Counted from the stretch's first letter, positions 29,011 to 40,294 are shown. The stretch: 57,425 nucleotides of DNA from an uncultured Sphingopyxis sp. (GCA_937957805.1 CALFXW010000196.1:1-57425), one strand, 5' to 3'. Made by a program: numbers and translations. The notes: generated by a model from the letters alone, not told the origin.

Positions 29011-29936
29011 TGCGCGCCGAGACTAACCATCTGCCCGAAGTGTTGACCAAATTGACCGATGGTGCGCGCGCCATCGGCATCGACATTGGTGCCTATCGCC
29101 TGTCGCTGTTTTCCTTTTTGTCGGCGATCATCATCGCCATCGGCCTGTTTATCTTTGTCCGCTTTGCGCTACGGACGATCCGCTGGGCCTTGCGCCGTAA
29201 CCCCACGATGGATGAGGGGCGGCGGATTCTTGTCGAAAAATTGATTGCCATCGTTCTCATCACCGTTGCGGTGTTGGCGGGGATTGACCTCTTGGGCATC
29301 GACCTCACCGCGCTGACCGTTTTTTCGGGGGCATTGGGGTTGGCGGCGGGCTTTGGCCTCCAAAAAACCGTCGGCAATCTGATCGCCGGGGTCATATTAT
29401 TGATGGATCGGTCGATCCAGCCGGGCGATGTGATTGTCGTCGGCGGCGCGCCCATTTCCACCGCGCAAAGCGGCAATGTCGCCAATGTGGGGCAGGTGAC
29501 GCGCATTGGCGTGCGCGCGGTGACTGTGGTGACCCGCGACGGGCGCAAACATTTGATACCCAATGAATTATTGATGACGCAGGCGGTGGAAAACTGGTCT
29601 TATGCCGGGCGCGATGTGCGGGTGCGGCTGCACATCCCCATTTCCTATGCCGCCGACCTCCACATCGCGCAGGCGCTGTTGCGCAAGGCGGCCGAGGAAC
29701 ATCCCCGCGTGCTGGCCGACCCGCCGCCCGCTGTTTGGATTACCCGTTTTGGCGACCGCGCCATCGACCATGAACTGCGCGTCTGGATCAACGATCCCGA
29801 AGGGGGTCTGGGGAATGTGCAGGGCGAATTATATATGCGCATCTGGGACGATTTCCGTCAAAACGGCATCGCCTTTCCCTTTCCGCGCTATGATATTGCC
29901 ATGGTGCCGCCTGACGCGACGACCGACAAAAACTAA
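29010..29936 (+). CDS. MscS family mechanosensitive channel
   Basis: GFGLQKTVGNLIAGVILL, GDVI, IPNE, PISYAAD, FPFP. Confidence 0.93.
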   Translation: MRAETNHLPEVLTKLTDGARAIGIDIGAYRLSLFSFLSAIIIAIGLFIFVRFALRTIRWALRRNPTMDEGRRILVEKLIAIVLITVAVLAGIDLLGIDLTALTVFSGALGLAAGFGLQKTVGNLIAGVILLMDRSIQPGDVIVVGGAPISTAQSGNVANVGQVTRIGVRAVTVVTRDGRKHLIPNELLMTQAVENWSYAGRDVRVRLHIPISYAADLHIAQALLRKAAEEHPRVLADPPPAVWITRFGDRAIDHELRVWINDPEGGLGNVQGELYMRIWDDFRQNGIAFPFPRYDIAMVPPDATTDKN

Positions 29937-30460
29937 GTTTTCGCCCGTTCGATACATTCGCTGATGATGCGCCGTGCATCATCGGCATTGCCCCAGCCCT
30001 TGAGCTTGGCCCATTTGCCCGGTTCCAGATCCTTATAATGCTGGAAAAAATGTTCGATCTGCTGCGTCACAATTGGTGGTAAATCATCATGTCCGCCCAC
30101 TTCGGCATAATATGGGAAAGTGGTATCAACCGGCACCGCAACGATTTTTTCATCCCCACCCTTGTCGTCTTCCATCAACAGCACGCCGACGGGGCGCGCC
30201 TTTATCACCGCGCCGGGCATGATCGGCGAACGGGTAACGACCAGCACGTCGAGCGGGTCACCATCATCGCCCATTGTATGCGGGATAAAGCCATAATTGG
30301 CGGGATACCGCATCGGCGTATGCAAAATACGGTCGACGAACAGCGCGCCCGACGCCTTGTCAAATTCATATTTGACCGGTTCACCGCCAATCGGCACTTC
30401 GATCAGCACATTGATATTGTCGGGCACATTGTCCCCTGCGGGGATGAGGTCGATACGCAT
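29933..30460 (-). CDS. ppa: Inorganic pyrophosphatase (family I)
   Basis: KYEFDK, YPANYGFIP, DGDPLDV, YKDLE. Confidence 0.98.
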   Translation of the reverse strand: MRIDLIPAGDNVPDNINVLIEVPIGGEPVKYEFDKASGALFVDRILHTPMRYPANYGFIPHTMGDDGDPLDVLVVTRSPIMPGAVIKARPVGVLLMEDDKGGDEKIVAVPVDTTFPYYAEVGGHDDLPPIVTQQIEHFFQHYKDLEPGKWAKLKGWGNADDARRIISECIERAKT

Positions 30461-30537
30461 GCGTCACCTTGTCTGGCGGTGGGGGGGAGGGAGGGGGGCG
30501 CCCTACCCCCTGCCAAGCCCAAGCGCAAGGCCAAGCC

Positions 30538-32478
30538 TTATGGCGCGCGCCGCGCCGTCAGCAATGCGTCCATCCCATTGGGTTCGCTCGACGCGCGTTC
30601 GGCATGGGGATAGCGCAGCCCACCCGTCCACTGCGGGGTGATGGTGCGATAGCGCCCACCCTTTTCCACCAAAAGCGTGATGGGGGTCGTCCCATCGCTC
30701 GCCGCGCGGATGGCGGCGCGCATCCTGTCCTGATTATAGCTAAGGCCGTTGACCGCCAATATCCGCGTGCCGTTGGTTACCCCCTGGTTGAACATCGGGC
30801 TGTCAAACTGGATGGCGGACACTTCACCCGAACGATTGATATTGATGCCGAGCGAGAAATAAAGGTCGAGGTAGCCGCCCTCCTTCATCCGTTCGCCGTC
30901 ATATTCACTGGGCGTATCGCGCCAGACCAGCCGATAACCCGCCGCTTCCAAACCGGCGATGGGTGCTGGTTGCCCTATGCCGCGCATATGATTGTTCAAA
31001 AACTGGGCCCAATCATATGGTTGCACCGCCTGCAGCGCGGCGACCACATCGTCAAATTCATAGGTGACGGTGCCCCAGTCACCCTCCCGCCCGCCAAAGA
31101 AATTACGGGCAAAATCATCCATCCCGCGCGCACCGCCCGACAGGCGGCGCATGATCTGGTCAGCCTCCAGCCACATCAGCGAGGCTTCGTTGTAATAATC
31201 CTCGGTCCGCGTTGCGGTGGGAAAGGGGCGCGGCCTCCGCGCCGCCATCACCGGGTCGAGCGTCGTATCTTCCACACTGCGCCACGCCCGGCCGGGCTGG
31301 GCGGCATAAAAGGCGGCGTTGCGTGCCCATTCATCAACCACCATCTGCGATGTCTGCATGCCCGAACGCGCTGCGAGCACCAAATCCCAAAAGGCGGTCT
31401 GCCCCTCATAAACCCAGAGCAGGCGGCCATCCATCGTCGTTGCATAATCGGGCGTCCACAGGTGCGCGGGGCGGCGATATTTGCCGTTCCAGCTGTGGGT
31501 CAGTTCGTGCGGCAATAGCCCGCGTTCCGAACCATTATTGTCCCATTCGGTGAAATAATCGGTTTCGCGCGCATTTTCGGACGACCGATGATGTTCAAGC
31601 CCGATGCCGCCCATTTCTTCGGTGAGGGCGAGTAGAAATTCATAATGGTCATAATGGCGTGTGCCGAACAGGGCCACCGCCTCCGCCACCAGCGCGCGGT
31701 GCGCGGCGATATGTTCATCACGGGCTTCGAGATATTGTGGTTCGTCCGCCACCACGTTCAGATGGACGCCATTACCCAAATCCCACCGCCGGAAATGCGC
31801 GCCGGCGAACATCGGCGAATCGATCAATGTTTCATAATCGGTTGGCGCATAGTTGATGCGATTTTGCGCGCCCGCCACATTGGTCGCGCCGTCGAGCGCG
31901 GTGGCCGCCTGCCAATCAGCGGGCAGAATGACACTGGGCTGCACGCGGATATTGCGCGTCGCATAACCAGCGGGATAGAGCGAGACCTGTTCAAACTGCA
32001 GGTTGAGCATGGCGGGGGTGATATTGACCCGCCCCTCACTCTCCCGCGTCGGGGCAAGAAATTGAAAGCGCACGGTGATTTCGCGCGCACCGCGCGGCAC
32101 ATCGACATGAAAACTATAGACATCTTCGACATCGCGGCGCCAGTTCAGGGCCTGACCATTGGCGCTGAAAACAAGCCCCGCCATATCGCCAACCGCCCCG
32201 CGCGGCGCATGTTTGCCCGGCAACCATTCGGGAAAGCGCAGCGTCATCTGCCCCGCGCTGGCGACCGGAATATGCTGCTCCACCGTCATGATCGCATGGG
32301 TGACGTCGCTGGCATCCACCACCAGCCGCATCGTGCCGGGATATTGACCGGGGTTCAAATCGGCCGGCAGCGGCGGCATGGACTGTTCGACCGTGGCGCG
32401 CGCGCCTTGCGCCTGCAGCGTAGCGGGCGCACAGAAAGCGAGCGCCGTTGACGCGGCGAGCAATGGTATAAGACGCAT
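30538..32478 (-). CDS. M61 family metallopeptidase with PDZ domain, exported
   Basis: Signal peptide, WLPG, GLEH, HELTHSWNGK, LWVYEGQT, C-terminal ILAVNG PDZ. Confidence 0.93.
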   Translation of the reverse strand: MRLIPLLAASTALAFCAPATLQAQGARATVEQSMPPLPADLNPGQYPGTMRLVVDASDVTHAIMTVEQHIPVASAGQMTLRFPEWLPGKHAPRGAVGDMAGLVFSANGQALNWRRDVEDVYSFHVDVPRGAREITVRFQFLAPTRESEGRVNITPAMLNLQFEQVSLYPAGYATRNIRVQPSVILPADWQAATALDGATNVAGAQNRINYAPTDYETLIDSPMFAGAHFRRWDLGNGVHLNVVADEPQYLEARDEHIAAHRALVAEAVALFGTRHYDHYEFLLALTEEMGGIGLEHHRSSENARETDYFTEWDNNGSERGLLPHELTHSWNGKYRRPAHLWTPDYATTMDGRLLWVYEGQTAFWDLVLAARSGMQTSQMVVDEWARNAAFYAAQPGRAWRSVEDTTLDPVMAARRPRPFPTATRTEDYYNEASLMWLEADQIMRRLSGGARGMDDFARNFFGGREGDWGTVTYEFDDVVAALQAVQPYDWAQFLNNHMRGIGQPAPIAGLEAAGYRLVWRDTPSEYDGERMKEGGYLDLYFSLGININRSGEVSAIQFDSPMFNQGVTNGTRILAVNGLSYNQDRMRAAIRAASDGTTPITLLVEKGGRYRTITPQWTGGLRYPHAERASSEPNGMDALLTARRAP

Positions 32479-32624
32479 GGATCAGACCCCTTGTTGCAAA
32501 TTGTGCAGCCCCCGTCGGAGCCGTCTACTTTTGTTGACACCTATGCGCAATAATTCGCGCGGTTCAAGCGCCGTTTCGAGCGTGATTGCGCGGGCGCGGC
32601 GCTTGCCCTAAGCGCACCGGCGTC

Positions 32625-33860
32625 ATGGCAAAAATTGCACCCCCCCAGCCGGTTCGCGGTACCCAGGATATGTTGGGCGATTTCGCCGACCGCTTCAGCC
32701 ATGTTGTCGACATTTTCGACCGGGTGCGGCGACTATATGGCTTTAAGCGGGTGGAGGTGCCGGTTATCGAACCAACCGCAGTATTCGCCCGATCGCTGGG
32801 GGAAACGACCGACGTCGTTTCCAAGGAAATGTATAGTTTTGCCGATCGCGGCGGCGATTCGATCACGCTGCGTCCCGAATTTACAGCGGGAATTGCGCGG
32901 GCCTATATCAGCAATGGCTGGCAGCAGCATGCGCCGTTAAGGGTTGCGACCCACGGCGCGCTGTTTCGTTATGAACGTCCGCAAAAGGGCCGTTATCGTC
33001 AATTTCACCAGCTCGACGCCGAAATATTGGGCAGCGACAGCCCGCTGGCTGATGTTGAACTGCTTTGCTTTGCCGATCAATTGCTGCGCGAACTGGGTGT
33101 TGCAGATGGCGTTACGCTGCAACTCAACACGCTGGGCGATGCCGAAAGTCGCGATGCGTGGCGAGGCGCGCTGGTCGCCCATTTTGCGGCGCATCGCGGT
33201 GCTTTGTCGGAGGATAGCCTGACGCGGCTCGACAAGAATCCGATGCGGATTTTGGACAGCAAAGACCCGCGCGACCGCCCGATTGCCGATGCGGCGCCCG
33301 ACATTGACGCATTCTTGACCCCGCAAGCGCAGGATTTTTTTGGCGCGGTAACCGCTGGGCTGGATGCGGCGGGGGTGGCTTGGCAGCGCAACAGCCGCCT
33401 CGTGCGCGGGCTTGATTATTATCGCCACACTGCGTTTGAATTTGTCACCGACCGGCTGGGCGCGCAGGGCACGGTGCTGGGCGGCGGGCGCTATGACGGC
33501 TTGATCGAAAATCTGGGTGGGCCGCCAACCCCAGCGGTCGGCTGGGCCGCAGGGATTGAACGGCTGGCGATGTTGCTCGACGCGCCGCCGCCGACGCAGC
33601 TCGACGCGGTCATCGCGCTCGAAGATGATGCGCTGCTGGGCGATGCTCTGGCGCTGCTACGCCGCCTGCGTGATGCGGGTTACAGCGCCGATGCGGTCAC
33701 CAGCGGGTCGCCGCGCAAACGCTTTGACAAAGCGGCAAAGTCGGGCGCGCTGGTGCTGTTCAGCCTTGGCACGCGCGATGGCGCGCGCCAGTTTAATGCG
33801 CGCCATGACGGGGGCGAACGCGCCATCGGCATAGAGGCTGCGGCCCGGACGGCACGCTGA
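32625..33860 (+). CDS. hisS: Histidine--tRNA ligase
   Basis: [36 protein letters not shown]. Confidence 0.98.
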   Translation: MAKIAPPQPVRGTQDMLGDFADRFSHVVDIFDRVRRLYGFKRVEVPVIEPTAVFARSLGETTDVVSKEMYSFADRGGDSITLRPEFTAGIARAYISNGWQQHAPLRVATHGALFRYERPQKGRYRQFHQLDAEILGSDSPLADVELLCFADQLLRELGVADGVTLQLNTLGDAESRDAWRGALVAHFAAHRGALSEDSLTRLDKNPMRILDSKDPRDRPIADAAPDIDAFLTPQAQDFFGAVTAGLDAAGVAWQRNSRLVRGLDYYRHTAFEFVTDRLGAQGTVLGGGRYDGLIENLGGPPTPAVGWAAGIERLAMLLDAPPPTQLDAVIALEDDALLGDALALLRRLRDAGYSADAVTSGSPRKRFDKAAKSGALVLFSLGTRDGARQFNARHDGGERAIGIEAAARTAR

Positions 33861-34930
33861 TGGCGCAGATTTCGGACGAACGCATTGCGCAGATTATCGC
33901 GCGACGCGATGAATTGGCGGCACGTATGGCGGCCGGGACGCTCGAAGGCGCGGCCTTTGTCGCTGCATCCAAGGAATATGCGGAGGTAGAGCCGGTCGCC
34001 AACGCCGCTGCCAGTGTGCGCAAATTGCGTGCCGAAATCACCGAATTGCGAATGATGCTCGACGATGCCGAATTGCGCGCAATGGCGGCGGAGGATTTGC
34101 AACGGGTCGAGGATGCGCTGCCCGGCGCCGAACATGCGCTGGCCATTGCCTTATTGCCGCGCGATGTTGCTGACGAACGTTCCGCCATGCTCGAAATCCG
34201 GGCAGGCGTTGGCGGTGATGAAAGCGCGCTGTTCGCGGGCGATTTGCTGCGCATGTACAGCCGTTATGCCGAAAATCTGGGCTGGCGCACCGAAATCGTT
34301 TCGTCTGCACCTGCGGACGTCGGCGGCTATAAGGAAGTGGTTGTCAGCATCGTCGGCGCAGGTGTTTTTGCGCGTCTTAAGTTTGAAAGCGGCGTCCACC
34401 GGGTGCAGCGCGTGCCGGTGACGGAGGCAGGCGGACGCATCCACACCAGCGCCGCAACCGTTGCCGTGCTGCCCGAAGCGAGCGAGGTGGATGTGGATAT
34501 TGCCGACAAGGATTTGAAGGTCGATATCTACCGATCCTCCGGCGCGGGCGGACAGCATGTCAACACCACCGACAGCGCGGTGCGCATCACCCATTTGCCG
34601 ACCGGGATCGTGGTCACACAGCAGGATGAACGCAGCCAGCACAAGAACCGCGCCAAGGCGATGCAGGTGCTGCGCACCCGGCTCTATGACCATGAACGCG
34701 AAAAGCTCCATGCCGAGCGCGCGGGGACGCGCAAGTCGATGGTCGGGTCGGGCGATCGTTCCGAACGCATCCGCACCTATAATTTCCCCCAGGGGCGCGT
34801 CACCGACCACCGCATCAACCTGACGCTGCACCGCCTGCCCGCGATATTGGAGGGGGATTTGGGCGAAATGGTTGCGGCGCTGATGGCGGAGGATGAGGCG
34901 CAGCGCCTCGCCTCCATGGATGGCGTGTGA
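33860..34930 (+). CDS. prfA: Peptide chain release factor 1
   Basis: [12 protein letters not shown] (PxT), [17 protein letters not shown]. Confidence 0.98.
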   Translation: MAQISDERIAQIIARRDELAARMAAGTLEGAAFVAASKEYAEVEPVANAAASVRKLRAEITELRMMLDDAELRAMAAEDLQRVEDALPGAEHALAIALLPRDVADERSAMLEIRAGVGGDESALFAGDLLRMYSRYAENLGWRTEIVSSAPADVGGYKEVVVSIVGAGVFARLKFESGVHRVQRVPVTEAGGRIHTSAATVAVLPEASEVDVDIADKDLKVDIYRSSGAGGQHVNTTDSAVRITHLPTGIVVTQQDERSQHKNRAKAMQVLRTRLYDHEREKLHAERAGTRKSMVGSGDRSERIRTYNFPQGRVTDHRINLTLHRLPAILEGDLGEMVAALMAEDEAQRLASMDGV

Positions 34931-35751
34931 CCAGCGCACGCGCCGCGCTTTCCATCGCAGCGCAAAAACTGCGCGGCATAGCCGAAAACCCGATGGCAGA
35001 GGCGCAATGGCTGCTCGCCCGCGCGCTGAATATGCCGCCGCAACGCCTGCTGCTCGAACTCGATCGCGCAGCACCCAATGGCCAATTTGCCGCGTTGGTC
35101 GAACGGCGCGCGGGCGGGGAACCGATCGCCTATATTTTGGGTGAAGCACCCTTTGGCGGACTGATGCTGCGCGTCGGGCCGGGTGTGCTCATCCCCCGTG
35201 CGGACAGTGAGGTGTTGATCGACGCCGCGCGCACCCAATTTGCCGGTCATCCGCCCGCGACCATCCTTGACCTTGGAACCGGGCCGGGGACATTATTGCT
35301 GAGCGCGCTCCATCTGTGGCCGACTGCTAGCGGCATTGGCGTGGATGTAAGCGATGTTGCGCTGTCCTATGCGCGCGACAATGCCGCACGGCTCGGTTTT
35401 GCATCGCGCGCGCAATGGCTAGTGGGGGATTGGGGCGATGGCGGGTCGGCCGACCTCATCCTCGCCAACCCGCCCTATATCGGCACCAGCGAAGTCATCG
35501 ACAAATCGGTTGCCGATTTTGAACCGGCGCTGGCGCTATATGCGGGCGAGGACGGGCTCGATGCCTATCGCGCCCTGTTGCCGACGCTGGCAGCGCGCAT
35601 TCATTCGGGCGGCGCGGCGATTGTCGAAATTGGCTGGCAACAGGGCGAAACTGTCAGCGGACTCGCGCAGGCGCATGGCCTTGCCTGGCAGTTATTGCCC
35701 GATCTTGCCGGGCGCGACCGCGCGCTGTTGCTGACACCCCTATTGCCATAA
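34927..35751 (+). CDS. prmC: Release factor glutamine methyltransferase
   Basis: [26 protein letters not shown]. Confidence 0.96.
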   Translation: MTSARAALSIAAQKLRGIAENPMAEAQWLLARALNMPPQRLLLELDRAAPNGQFAALVERRAGGEPIAYILGEAPFGGLMLRVGPGVLIPRADSEVLIDAARTQFAGHPPATILDLGTGPGTLLLSALHLWPTASGIGVDVSDVALSYARDNAARLGFASRAQWLVGDWGDGGSADLILANPPYIGTSEVIDKSVADFEPALALYAGEDGLDAYRALLPTLAARIHSGGAAIVEIGWQQGETVSGLAQAHGLAWQLLPDLAGRDRALLLTPLLP

Positions 35752-35799
35752 GCCGCACGATTTTGCTTGCGTTCGGGCAAAAGCGGCTTAGAGGGGGCG

Positions 35800-35991
35800 G
35801 CGCAGCGGCTCCCCACGCGCCGTCCCACAGTTTCTGGGGCTTTCGCGGGTCAGCTGCACCCCATTGCGGATGAAGAAGCTTGGGCCGGACTATCCGGCCG
35901 CTTGGCAAATGGAGCGCTGCACCGGCTGCGCTAAGATGTTGCGTAAAGGACGATGTTTCCACGCGAATTTTTTTAAGGAAAAAATGTGTCG
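35800..35991 (+). promoter_or_regulatory. Putative long structured 5' leader of the DUF4167 gene
   Basis: Promoter-like TTGCGT-N16-TAGAGG at 35767-35794. Long-range stem 35802-35812/35911-35920 and hairpin 35883-35899. Confidence 0.4.
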
Positions 35992-36786
35992 ATGAACAAC
36001 CGTCAGAACGGTCGCCGTCGTGGCCGTAATAATCAGCGTCAGCCATCGCGCGGCGGCAACCATGACAGTGGCAATCGTATCGACAACCGTGCGCGCGGCA
36101 ACGCGACTCAATTGCTCGAAAAATACCGCAATATGGCACGCGACGCGCAATTGTCGGGTGATCGGGTGATGACCGAATATTACCTCCAATTTGCCGACCA
36201 TTATTTCCGTGTCCTGTCCGATGCCCGCGCCCGGCAGGAGGAACAGCGCGCGCGTTGGGAAGAACGTGATGATCGCGACGAGCGTGATGATGGCGCTGAC
36301 GGTATCGAGATGGACGGCGATGAGGGGGAGGATGCGGCCGACCTAGACCCCATCGACATGATCGGGCGGGCACCGCGCAACCGCGAAGGCCGCAGTCCGC
36401 GCGATGGCAACCGCGATAATCGTACACCGCGCAACGACCGCTCGGATCGCACTGACCGCCGCGATGGCAATCGTGCGCCGCGTGATGGCGACTCCGCTGA
36501 TGTGGAACCGCGCGGCGATTTCCGCGAAACACCCAGGGGCAATGGCCGCGAAAATAGCCGCGATTTTGACCGCAGCGAACGCCGTCCGCGCCGCGCCAGC
36601 ACCAATGGCGCGCGCCATGATCCAGATGGCGATGCCCCGCTGGGCATTGATGCGGCGGTATTGCCGCCCGCCATCGGCGCGGACAGCGCAGAAGCTGTTG
36701 TCGACAATGTCGCCGATATTGCGCCCGCGCCCAAGCGTCGCCGCACGGTCAAGAAAGTCGAAAGCAGCGACGAAGCTGCGGCGTAA
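35992..36786 (+). CDS. DUF4167 domain protein with R/D/N/G-rich disordered regions
   Basis: RGNATQLLEKY..MARDA..GDRV..EYYLQFADHYFR; conserved position after prmC. Confidence 0.92.
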   Translation: MNNRQNGRRRGRNNQRQPSRGGNHDSGNRIDNRARGNATQLLEKYRNMARDAQLSGDRVMTEYYLQFADHYFRVLSDARARQEEQRARWEERDDRDERDDGADGIEMDGDEGEDAADLDPIDMIGRAPRNREGRSPRDGNRDNRTPRNDRSDRTDRRDGNRAPRDGDSADVEPRGDFRETPRGNGRENSRDFDRSERRPRRASTNGARHDPDGDAPLGIDAAVLPPAIGADSAEAVVDNVADIAPAPKRRRTVKKVESSDEAAA

Positions 36787-36800
36787 AGCCCGCTAAAAAA

Positions 36801-38462
36801 TCAGCGCGGACGATTGCGCAGCGCGCTCAATGTCGTCCCCGCGCTGATACGTTCGACGTCGGTCCGCAGGTGGAGGAGGCGCAATCCCGTTTGCGCCATC
36901 GCTGCATCGAGCGCGGGTGCAAAATCCGCCGTCGCATCGACGCTCGCCGCCCAGCCGCCATAGGCACGGGCGAGCGCCGCAAAATCAGGGTTGTGCAGCG
37001 CAGTTGCCGACGGGCGCGCGGGATACTCGCGTTCCTGATGCATGCGGATGGTGCCGTAAGTGCCATTGTCGATAACCAGCACCAGCATATCCAGCCCATA
37101 TTGGACAGCGGTAGCCAATTCCTGACCGTTCATCAGAAAATCACCATCCCCCGCCAGCGCGACCACCATTTTGCCGGGGTTGCGCCGTGCTGCGGCAACG
37201 GCGGCCGGAACGCCATAGCCCATTGCCCCTGCGGTCGGGGCAAGCTGGCTCACCATCGGGGCATAGGCCCAGTGCCGATGCCACCAACCCGAAAAATTAC
37301 CCGCACCGTTGCAGATGATCGTATCCGCGGGGAGCCGCGCCGCCATCGCCCCGACGCACTGGCCAAGGTCAAGCGGGGTGTCGAACGGCACCACCCGGTG
37401 CCATTCGCGCCATTCGGCATGTGCGGCAGCCCCTGCATCAAAGGCGATGACATCACTTTCCCACAGCGCGGCCATTTCGGCAAATTCATGCGGATAGGCA
37501 CAGATCGGCAGGTCGGTGCGATACACGCGGTTCAATTCATTGGGGTCGGGGTGGACATGCACCAAAGTCTGGCCCGGATGGTCGGGGGTGATGAGCGTAT
37601 AGCCATCGGTCGTCGCCTCCCCCAAACGCGCCCCGACCGCGATAATCAAATCCGCCGCGCGGATGCGTTCCAGCAATTTGGGGTTGGGGCCATAGCCCAA
37701 ATTGCCAGCATAGACCGGGCATTGATTGTCGATGGCATCCTGCCGCCGGAATGCCGCAGCGGTGGGCAGGCCGACGCGCGTTGCAAATTCCGCCCAATAA
37801 TGTGCCGCTCCCGCGTTCCAGCCGGCCCCGCCGATGATCGCGACGGGCGATGATGCATTGGCCAGCAATTCCATGAAAACGCCCATCGCCGCTGCATCCG
37901 GGTCTTGTTCGGGGGCTTCAACGCGTGGGCGGTCGGCCACCGATGCCAGATCGCGCAACATATCTTCTGGCAGCGCAATCACCACCGGCCCCGGCCGCCC
38001 CGCCATGGCGGTTGCATAGGCGCGGGCGATATATTCGGGGATGCGCGCTGCATTGTCGATGCGTGCCGCCCATTTTGCGAGCGGCGCGAACATCGCTTGA
38101 AAATCAACCTCTTGAAAACCTTCGCGGTCGCGCATGTCGCGGTCCACATCACCGATGAACAATATCATCGGCAGACTGTCCTGCATCGCGACATGGACGC
38201 CGATGCTGGCATTGGTCGCGCCCGGCCCGCGCGTGACAAAGGCGATGCCGGGCCGCCCGGTCATATTGCCATCCGCCGCCGCCATAAAGCCGACGCCCCC
38301 TTCCTGACGGCAGACGATGGTGTCGATGGCAGGTGTGTCACGCAGCACGTCGAGCACCGACAAAAAGCTTTCGCCCGGCACGGTGAAAATGCGGTCGCAC
38401 GCTTGCAGCAAAAGTTGATCGACAAGGATTTGGGCGCCGGTGCGCTGGGGATAGCTAGTCAT
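36801..38462 (-). CDS. ThDP-dependent enzyme (acetolactate synthase-like family, function unassigned)
   Basis: VPGESFL, RQEGG, TRGPGATN, GAMGYG, GDGDFLMNGQE..NGTYG. Confidence 0.92.
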   Translation of the reverse strand: MTSYPQRTGAQILVDQLLLQACDRIFTVPGESFLSVLDVLRDTPAIDTIVCRQEGGVGFMAAADGNMTGRPGIAFVTRGPGATNASIGVHVAMQDSLPMILFIGDVDRDMRDREGFQEVDFQAMFAPLAKWAARIDNAARIPEYIARAYATAMAGRPGPVVIALPEDMLRDLASVADRPRVEAPEQDPDAAAMGVFMELLANASSPVAIIGGAGWNAGAAHYWAEFATRVGLPTAAAFRRQDAIDNQCPVYAGNLGYGPNPKLLERIRAADLIIAVGARLGEATTDGYTLITPDHPGQTLVHVHPDPNELNRVYRTDLPICAYPHEFAEMAALWESDVIAFDAGAAAHAEWREWHRVVPFDTPLDLGQCVGAMAARLPADTIICNGAGNFSGWWHRHWAYAPMVSQLAPTAGAMGYGVPAAVAAARRNPGKMVVALAGDGDFLMNGQELATAVQYGLDMLVLVIDNGTYGTIRMHQEREYPARPSATALHNPDFAALARAYGGWAASVDATADFAPALDAAMAQTGLRLLHLRTDVERISAGTTLSALRNRPR

Positions 38463-38498
38463 GCGCCTTGCTCTAGCGCAGGCTGGCTGGCGCGACAA

Positions 38499-38861
38499 TC
38501 AGCCTTCGGGGCGGGTCCACAGCCAGCCAAGCGAAATCAGCGCGGTGGCGGGGGGCAGCAGCACCCATGGCATGCGCAGCGTCAGCACACCAAGGCCAAT
38601 CGACAGCGCAAAGGCGATGGTCGCCGCCCACTTGCCGCGCCGCGCAATTGCGCCCCTTTCCCGCCACGCACGAATCGGCGGGCCAAAGCGCGGATGGCTG
38701 AGCAATTTTGCTTCCCACGCGCGATTGCCGCGCGCAAAACAAAATGCCGCCAATATGTAAAAGGGAACGGTCGGCAACAAAGGCAGCGCAATGCCGATGG
38801 TGCCGAGCGCCAGCGCGGCGACCCCGACGATATTCCAGATGTGGCGCGCCAATGGCCGCAT
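38499..38861 (-). CDS. YbaN/DUF454 membrane protein
   Basis: LPLLPTVPFYILAAFCF, HPRFGP, GAI. Confidence 0.9.
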   Translation of the reverse strand: MRPLARHIWNIVGVAALALGTIGIALPLLPTVPFYILAAFCFARGNRAWEAKLLSHPRFGPPIRAWRERGAIARRGKWAATIAFALSIGLGVLTLRMPWVLLPPATALISLGWLWTRPEG

Positions 38862-40294
38862 CAGGCGAGGTGCACCGCCTTGGTCACGCAATAATTGGAG
38901 AGGCCCTCCGGCCCGCCCTCACTGCCGAAGCCGGATTGTTTGACCCCGCCAAAGGGGGTGTCGGCGCCCGAAATGGTAAAGCTGTTGACCCCGACCATCC
39001 CCGCGTCGAGCGCGTCGGCGACCAGATTGGCGCGGCGGCCATTTTCGGTAAAGGCAAAGGCGGCGAGGCCAAATGGCGTCGCATTGGCCAACGCAATCGC
39101 TTCGTCCATATCCGCAAAACTCCGCGTGAGGGCGAGCGGGCCAAAGGGTTCAACCTGCATCACATCAGCATCATCGGGGACATTGGCGATCAGGCTGGGG
39201 TCGAAATAATTGCCCGCGCCTTCGCGCGCCTCTCCACCCGCGACCAGTTCCGCCCCCTTGGCCAGTGCGTCCGCCACCAGCGCGGCCACCGCCTGCGGAC
39301 GGCGCGCATTGGCGAGCGGGCCCATGTTCGTGTCGCTGTCCAAACCATTGCCGACGCGCAATTTGGCCATACGCGCTGCAAAACCCGCGACAAAGGCATC
39401 ATGGATCGGCGCTTCGACAAAGAAACGCGTGGGCGATACGCAAACCTGCCCCGCGTTGCGGAACTTCTGTGGCACCGCCATGTCGAGCACCCGGTCGAGA
39501 TCGCAATCGGCAAAGACCAGCACCGGCGCATGACCGCCCAATTCCATCGTCGATGGGGTGACGCTGTCCGCGCACAGCCGCATCAAATGCGCGCCCACAG
39601 CGGTTGAGCCGGTAAAACTGATCTTGCGGATGACGGGCGATGCAATGAGGCGCGATGAAATCAACGCCGGGTCACCATAGAGCAATTGCGCAACATCACC
39701 GGGCAGTCCGGCATCGACCAGACATTGCATCAGGGCGGCGGTGCAGGCCGGGGTTTCCTCCGCCGGTTTGGCAATCACCGAACAGCCAACCGCCAGCGCC
39801 GCCGACATTTTCTTGGCCATGAGGTAGAGCGGAAAGTTCCACGGCGTGAAAATCGCCACCGGCCCGACGGGCTGTTGCAGCACCATCGACCTTTGCCCGC
39901 TGGGGCGCACCAAGGTGCGGCCATATTGACGGCGTGCATCCTCTGCGCACCAGTCGAATAATTGTGCCGCGCCCGCAACCTCCCCCTTGGCTTCGGCAAT
40001 CGGCTTGCCCTGTTCGATGGTGAGCATGGTGGCAATGGGTTCCACCCGTTCGCGCAGCAAGCTGGCGGTGCGGCGCAATATATCCGCCCGCGCATCGACC
40101 GATGTGGCGCGCCATGCGGAAAAGCCGCGCGCGGCGCTGGCAAGGGCAAGGTCAATGTCCGCCCCGCTCGCCTTGGGCAGGGCAGCGATGGTCTCTGCCG
40201 TGGCGGGGTTATGGACGGACAGGCAATCGCGGCCCTCACCCCCCTGCCATGCGCCATCAATGAACAGTTTCAGATCAGCCGAATAATCCTGCAT
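38861..40294 (-). CDS. NAD(P)-dependent aldehyde dehydrogenase (SSADH / alpha-ketoglutarate semialdehyde DH family)
   Basis: TPWNFP, FTGST, ELGGHAP, KFRNAGQVCVSPTR, EPFGP, FGGVKQSG. Confidence 0.95.
   Translation of the reverse strand: MQDYSADLKLFIDGAWQGGEGRDCLSVHNPATAETIAALPKASGADIDLALASAARGFSAWRATSVDARADILRRTASLLRERVEPIATMLTIEQGKPIAEAKGEVAGAAQLFDWCAEDARRQYGRTLVRPSGQRSMVLQQPVGPVAIFTPWNFPLYLMAKKMSAALAVGCSVIAKPAEETPACTAALMQCLVDAGLPGDVAQLLYGDPALISSRLIASPVIRKISFTGSTAVGAHLMRLCADSVTPSTMELGGHAPVLVFADCDLDRVLDMAVPQKFRNAGQVCVSPTRFFVEAPIHDAFVAGFAARMAKLRVGNGLDSDTNMGPLANARRPQAVAALVADALAKGAELVAGGEAREGAGNYFDPSLIANVPDDADVMQVEPFGPLALTRSFADMDEAIALANATPFGLAAFAFTENGRRANLVADALDAGMVGVNSFTISGADTPFGGVKQSGFGSEGGPEGLSNYCVTKAVHLA

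Noticed and set aside
30478-30514. G-rich tract (G7-A-G3-A-G6) upstream of ppa as a G-quadruplex or phase-variable site; also the G8 run near the queF start
   Set aside because: Runs are short, reading frames are intact, and the genes are housekeeping; explicable as promoter/leader or Pro codons.
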